Below, piece after piece: positions 59,681-64,000 of a stretch of DNA of 64,000 nt (the first letter of the stretch is position 1; every line of letters begins with the position of its first letter). The notes under the pieces were generated by a model that was given only the letters and a program-made list of their open reading frames with translations, made no database searches and was not told where the DNA came from. Position numbers and translations under genes: made by a program. The stretch comes from Bacillota bacterium. GTDB lineage: Bacteria; Bacillota; Clostridia; UBA1381. Location: NCBI GenBank assembly GCA_024685565.1, contig JAIKVQ010000182.1, positions 11,672 through 75,671 of the forward strand, read 5' to 3'.

Positions 59681-60930
59681 GAACGACAACCGAAATGGAG
59701 CTTGTTTCAATCGAAAAGCTCATACCTTATGTAAATAACGCCCGTACCCATTCACCTGCGCAGATTACCAAACTGCGCTCGTCCCTGCGTGAATTCGGAT
59801 TCATCAACCCTGTCATCATCGACAGGGATTTTAATGTTATCGCAGGTCACGGCAGAATCATGGCGGCGAAAGAAGAAGGCATCAAGGAAGTGCCGTGCGT
59901 TTTCGCTGACTACTTAACCGAGGCGCAGAAAAAAGCATACATCATTGCCGATAACCGCATGGCTATGGATGCAGGTTGGGACGAGGAACTTTTGCGAGTT
60001 GAAATCGAAGCTCTGCAGGGCATGGACTTTGACCCGTCCCTGACAGGCTTTGACGAAAAGGAACTCGCTACACTATTCAATAATGGCATTGAAGCAAAAG
60101 ACGATGACTTTGATGTGTCGGCAGAGCTTGAAAAGCCTACCATTACACATAATGGTGATGTTTGGATTTTAGGAAAGCATCGACTTGTTTGCGGTGACAG
60201 CACGAAGGCAGAAACCTTTGAAGCTCTCATGCAGGGCGAAAAGGCTAACCTCGTTATAACCGACCCTCCGTACAATGTAAACTATGAAGGCTCGGCAGGA
60301 AAAATCAAAAACGACAATATGGCAGACGAGAAGTTTTATAACTTCCTCAAGGATGCTTTTACGAATACGGAAGCGGCAATGTCAGACGATGCGAGCATTT
60401 ATGTGTTCCATGCCGACACCGAAGGTTTGAACTTCAGGAAGGCTTTTCAGGACAGCGGTTTTTACCTTTCGGGTACTTGTATTTGGAAGAAGCAATCGCT
60501 TGTTCTCGGTCGTTCCCCATACCAGTGGCAACACGAGCCTATCCTTTTCGGTTGGAAAAAGAAAGGCAAGCACCAGTGGTACACGGGACGAAAAGAATCG
60601 ACCATTTGGGAATTTGACAAACCCAAGAAGAACGCCGACCACCCGACCATGAAGCCGATTCCGCTTCTCGCTTATCCTATTGTAAATTCGAGCATGACGA
60701 ATTGCATTGTGCTTGACCCGTTTGGCGGAAGCGGCTCGACTTTAATCGCCTGTCAGCAGACCGACAGGATTTGCCGTACCATAGAACTGGACGAAAAATT
60801 CTGCGATGTAATCGTAAAACGGTATATTGAACAGGTCGGCTCGGATGATGAAGTCAAAGTAATCAGAGATAATCAGACTATACCCTTCAAAGAAATACAC
60901 GATGACGGCGAGGAAATACCACAGTTTTAA
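59677..60930 (+). CDS. ParB-like nuclease domain fused to N6/N4 DNA methyltransferase
   Basis: LIPYVNNARTHS...VIAGHGR, VITDPPYNVNY, DPFGGSGST. ATGA overlap with the upstream stop. Confidence 0.85.
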   Translation: MRTTTEMELVSIEKLIPYVNNARTHSPAQITKLRSSLREFGFINPVIIDRDFNVIAGHGRIMAAKEEGIKEVPCVFADYLTEAQKKAYIIADNRMAMDAGWDEELLRVEIEALQGMDFDPSLTGFDEKELATLFNNGIEAKDDDFDVSAELEKPTITHNGDVWILGKHRLVCGDSTKAETFEALMQGEKANLVITDPPYNVNYEGSAGKIKNDNMADEKFYNFLKDAFTNTEAAMSDDASIYVFHADTEGLNFRKAFQDSGFYLSGTCIWKKQSLVLGRSPYQWQHEPILFGWKKKGKHQWYTGRKESTIWEFDKPKKNADHPTMKPIPLLAYPIVNSSMTNCIVLDPFGGSGSTLIACQQTDRICRTIELDEKFCDVIVKRYIEQVGSDDEVKVIRDNQTIPFKEIHDDGEEIPQF

Positions 60931-60944
60931 AATAGATCCGAAAT

Positions 60945-61065
60945 GCTGTAATATAGACAGTTTTTAAGGCGAATCTTTGTGAGGTATTTAGTGTCAAAAA
61001 CACTTGATAAATAAGGCTTTCAGAGTTAATATGTCGCTAACAAAAAAAGAAGGAGGTCATTTGAA
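60945..61065 (+). promoter_or_regulatory. repeated regulatory cassette copy G
   Basis: -35 TTGATA 61004-61009, 17-nt spacer, -10 TAATAT 61027-61032. Leader AAAGAAGGAGG. Confidence 0.6.
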
Positions 61066-61758
61066 ATGACACAAACAAATGCAAAAATCAACTTTAATGT
61101 CACAGGCGCAAAAAGGAAGGAACTCGTAAGCCTTATTTCAAACTTCACTGGGTGCGAAGCAAAATACAAAGGCGCACCGACATTTGCCTACGAAGTGGAC
61201 TACTTCACCATCGACAAGAACGGCACACTCATTTTTGACGACAGAGCCGACAGCGAGGTTATTGAGAGGCTTCTCGAAATGCTCTATGACAACAGCTTCG
61301 TTGCGGAAGACAACGAAACCGAAGAAGAACAGCCGCAGACAGAAACCACAGGGCTTACAATTGAAATGCCCCGTGAGAAGGTGGATGTCGAAAACCTCTT
61401 AAACCTGCTTGAATCCAAAGGCGAGCTTATAAAGGCGGCACTTGGGGTTGAGGACATTGCGATTGAGGCTTTGGAAGACAAGGTCACCTTCCCATGGTTC
61501 GGAGACATTGATGCGGACGATGCGAAGGCGTATGCCGAATTCATATCAGCCATTTGTAAAATGTCCAAAGAACAGTCACGAATCAACAAGACGGCGGCAA
61601 AAGCTGAAAATCAAAAATACGCATTCCGCTGTTTCCTCCTGCGGCTCGGTTTCATCGGCAAAGAATACAAGGAAACGAGAAAAATCCTGCTCCGAAACCT
61701 TGAAGGAAGCTCCGCTTTCAAAAGCGGCAACAAGAAAGAGGTGAAGGAAAATGGCTGA
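61066..61758 (+). CDS. conserved hypothetical protein, paralogue of 1318..2007
   Basis: Same N-terminus and same C-terminal YAFRCFLLRLGFIG.EYK.TRKILLRNLEGSSAFK motif. Confidence 0.7.
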   Translation: MTQTNAKINFNVTGAKRKELVSLISNFTGCEAKYKGAPTFAYEVDYFTIDKNGTLIFDDRADSEVIERLLEMLYDNSFVAEDNETEEEQPQTETTGLTIEMPREKVDVENLLNLLESKGELIKAALGVEDIAIEALEDKVTFPWFGDIDADDAKAYAEFISAICKMSKEQSRINKTAAKAENQKYAFRCFLLRLGFIGKEYKETRKILLRNLEGSSAFKSGNKKEVKENG

Positions 61759-61969
61759 CAGATTTTTCACGACTACCAAGTGCGACCGTTGCGGAGGCTC
61801 ACTTGAAGGCGGCAGGATAATGTCAATGTTCAATGAGGACTGCATTTGTATGGAATGCTCCGCAAAGGAACGACAGCTTCCTGAATTCAAAAAAGCATCC
61901 GAAGCCGAGCTTGCCGAAATCAAGCGTGGCAACTACAATTTCAAAGGCATCGGATACCCCGAAAAATAG
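61751..61969 (+). CDS. small zinc-ribbon protein, paralogue of 2009..2227
   Basis: MADRFFTTTKCDRCGG...CICMECSAKE. Confidence 0.65.
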   Translation: MADRFFTTTKCDRCGGSLEGGRIMSMFNEDCICMECSAKERQLPEFKKASEAELAEIKRGNYNFKGIGYPEK

Positions 61970-61972
61970 CTG

Positions 61973-62104
61973 TAATATACACAAATTCTGACCTGAAAGA
62001 TTGTGTACTATATATCGCTGAAATGACTTGATATATATCCTTTTCAGAGGTAATATGTGCATACAAAAAGCACAGAAAACACTTTTGAAAAGGAGCTAAA
62101 AACC
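61973..62104 (+). promoter_or_regulatory. repeated regulatory cassette copy H
   Basis: IR ATATACACAA/TTGTGTACTATAT. -35 TTGATA 62028-62033, 17-nt spacer, -10 TAATAT 62051-62056. Confidence 0.65.
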
Positions 62105-63046
62105 ATGAACGAAAAAACAAGAAACTTTATCGAGGAAATGGAAAAGCAGACCATCGGGATTGAAATTGAGATGGCAAACATTACAAGGGAAAAAGCCTGC
62201 AGGACGATTGCAAAATACTTCGGAACGGAAAGCACAGTAAACCACGATGGCGGCTCATACGACACTTGGAGTTGCAAAGACAATCAAGGCAGGACTTGGA
62301 AGATAACAAGGGACGTTAGCATTCACGCAAGAACGGATGAGGAAAAAGCCGAACTTGGAACGCCCATCCTCCACTACGATGACATTGAGGACTTGCAGGA
62401 AATCGCAAGGCAGTTAAGACACGCAGGTGCGGTTTCCAACCCACAACACGGTTGCGGAGTGCATTGCCACATCGGTGCGGACGGGCATACAGCACAAACC
62501 CTCCGAAACCTCGCAAACATCATGGCAAGCCACGAAAGCCTTTTGACAAACGCATTAAGCCTTGACAGAAGCCGCATAAACAGCTACTGCAGACAGGTAG
62601 ACACAAACTTCCTTGCAAGGCTGAACAGAAGGAAGCCCAAAACCATGACGGCACTTGCGGACATTTGGTACGCTGACAACAACGAATACAGAGGCGCACA
62701 TTACAACCGCACACGCTACAGAATGTTAAACCTCCACGCCACCTTCACAAAGGGTACGGTTGAATTCAGACTTTTCCAATTCGACAACCCAACAGCGGAA
62801 CGCAGAGGCGGCATTCACGCAGGACAACTTAAAAGCTACATTCAGCTTTGCCTCGCACTTTCCCAAATGGCAAAGACACAGAAAACAGCAAGCCCGAAGC
62901 CACAGCAAACCGAAAACCCGAAATACGCCATGAGAACTTGGCTCCTCCGCCTCGGTTTCATCGGAGACGAATTCAAAACAGCAAGAGACCTCTTTACAAA
63001 ACGACTTGACGGAGACACAGCCTTCCGCAACGGAAGACCTGCATAA
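62105..63046 (+). CDS. putative amidoligase, paralogue of 2339..3280
   Basis: MNEKTRNFIEEMEKQTIGIEIEMANITREKAC... Start set at ATG 62105; the track start 62057 reads through the promoter. Confidence 0.6.
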   Translation: MNEKTRNFIEEMEKQTIGIEIEMANITREKACRTIAKYFGTESTVNHDGGSYDTWSCKDNQGRTWKITRDVSIHARTDEEKAELGTPILHYDDIEDLQEIARQLRHAGAVSNPQHGCGVHCHIGADGHTAQTLRNLANIMASHESLLTNALSLDRSRINSYCRQVDTNFLARLNRRKPKTMTALADIWYADNNEYRGAHYNRTRYRMLNLHATFTKGTVEFRLFQFDNPTAERRGGIHAGQLKSYIQLCLALSQMAKTQKTASPKPQQTENPKYAMRTWLLRLGFIGDEFKTARDLFTKRLDGDTAFRNGRPA

Positions 63047-63121
63047 AGCAGAAACCCCGACACCTCGACCGCTACGGCGGTCTTAAGGTGGTAGAAGACG
63101 ATTTTGAAAGGAGATTTTTTT

Positions 63122-63589
63122 ATGGCAAAAAGAAAGTACATCGCATACGGGAGCAACCTCAATGTTCAGCAAATGAAATGGCGATGCCCAAATGCGGAAA
63201 TCATGGGAACGGGTGAGCTTAAGGACTGGCGGCTTCTTTTCAAAGGAAGCAAAACAGGCGCATACCTCACCATTGAAAAGTGCAAGGGCTACAACGTACC
63301 CTTTGCAGTATGGGAGGTCGATGCTTCGGACGAGGCGGCACTTGACCGCTACGAGGGATTCCCATCCTTCTATTACAAGCAGGAGCTTTCCTTCGAGTAC
63401 AAGGGCATAAAGACGGGCAGAACACGCAAAACCAACGGCTTCGTTTATATCATGCACGAGGACAGACCTGTCGGAATTCCCTCAAAGAATTATGTTGAAG
63501 TTTGCGCCGCAGGATACATGACCTTCGGTTTTAACTACGAGCGCATTCTCGAATCACTCCGCTACAGCAAGGAGGTGACGAAGGAATGA
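63122..63589 (+). CDS. gamma-glutamylcyclotransferase (AIG2-like), paralogue of 3356..3826
   Basis: YIAYGSNLNVQQMKWRCP...; the same SD context as copy 1. Confidence 0.75.
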   Translation: MAKRKYIAYGSNLNVQQMKWRCPNAEIMGTGELKDWRLLFKGSKTGAYLTIEKCKGYNVPFAVWEVDASDEAALDRYEGFPSFYYKQELSFEYKGIKTGRTRKTNGFVYIMHEDRPVGIPSKNYVEVCAAGYMTFGFNYERILESLRYSKEVTKE

Positions 63590-63786
63590 AAAACGGAACA
63601 CATCCCGAAACCGTATGTCCAAAATGCGGCAAGGTATATTTTGAAGCACCTGCGCTTTCAAGGGACGACAACACAACGCTCATCTGCCCCGATTGCGGCA
63701 TCCGTGAAAGTTTGGCGGCTTTCGGTCTTAATACGGAAGAGCAGGAACACATCATCAGAGCCATTCATGGCAGACACAAAGCGTAA
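63586..63786 (+). CDS. small zinc-ribbon protein, paralogue of 3823..4029
   Basis: CPKCGKVYFEAPALSRDDNTTLICPDCGIRESL. Confidence 0.65.
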   Translation: MKNGTHPETVCPKCGKVYFEAPALSRDDNTTLICPDCGIRESLAAFGLNTEEQEHIIRAIHGRHKA

Positions 63787-63798
63787 GGAGGAGCAACC

Positions 63799-64000
63799 AT
63801 GACAAAAGAGAATTTTTACGACCAACTCACCGAACAGTATTATGAATACATCGCAAGCCTCAAAACCATGACGGCTTCGGAGCTTATCCGAAACGCCGAG
63901 CTTATTGCAACAACAAAGCAAATCTACAAGTTTATCAAGCTGAACAAGCCGTTTGACGATGGTGATATTGAATACCTTTCCCGAATCAAACGACCGCTTG
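63799..64000 (+). CDS. hypothetical protein, 3' end outside the window
   Basis: ATG after AAGGAGG. Frame open to the window end (MTKENFYDQLTEQYYEYIASL...). Confidence 0.5.
   Translation, partial: MTKENFYDQLTEQYYEYIASLKTMTASELIRNAELIATTKQIYKFIKLNKPFDDGDIEYLSRIKRPL

Overview
The window is almost entirely mobile DNA with low-GC Gram-positive (Clostridia-like) expression signals: GGAGG Shine-Dalgarno (SD) sites and TTGACA-17-TATAAT promoters. Layout: (i) nt 1-31.5 kb is the right part of a PBSX/HK97-type myovirus prophage. It runs from an accessory region with a C5-MTase, a SLOG protein, an amidoligase/GGCT module and an array of small insulated gene cassettes, through TerL, portal, ClpP-type protease, HK97 capsid, connectors, sheath/tube/chaperone with -1 frameshift, TMP, baseplate, fibres and holin-amidase, to a TnpW-like gene plus a large serine recombinase. 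(ii) nt 31.6-45.8 kb is an AT-rich cargo/defence stretch. It holds iteron-like repeats, an HTH, a secreted nuclease, a DUF1273 SLOG protein, and an HTH + PLD-SNF2 helicase + 1278-aa Eco57I-like N6-adenine MTase operon. It also holds an inverted spare MTase C-terminal cassette with a serine invertase, a GmrSD-like DUF262/DUF1524 enzyme, ImmA and XRE. (iii) nt 45.8-64 kb is the left part of a second, related prophage. It carries a face-to-face promoter switch, a Y-family polymerase, a sigma-like factor, DUF2800/DUF2815/PolA/VirE-primase/VRR-NUC/SNF2 replication genes, HNH-TerS, a compact MetK homologue, a ParB-MTase and a second diverged copy of the amidoligase/GGCT module. The most interesting signals are: a candidate invertase-driven swap of the MTase specificity-domain C-terminus; the PLD-SNF2/MTase pair itself; the twice-conserved five-gene amidoligase module sitting between terS and terL; a PeSL-like repeated terminator-palindrome-promoter-leader scaffold around small ORFs; and a 2-kb antisense four-gene moron block, with consensus promoters and a long leader, inserted in the baseplate operon. 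All calls rest on hand translation, motif recognition and visual repeat comparison. No database search was possible.
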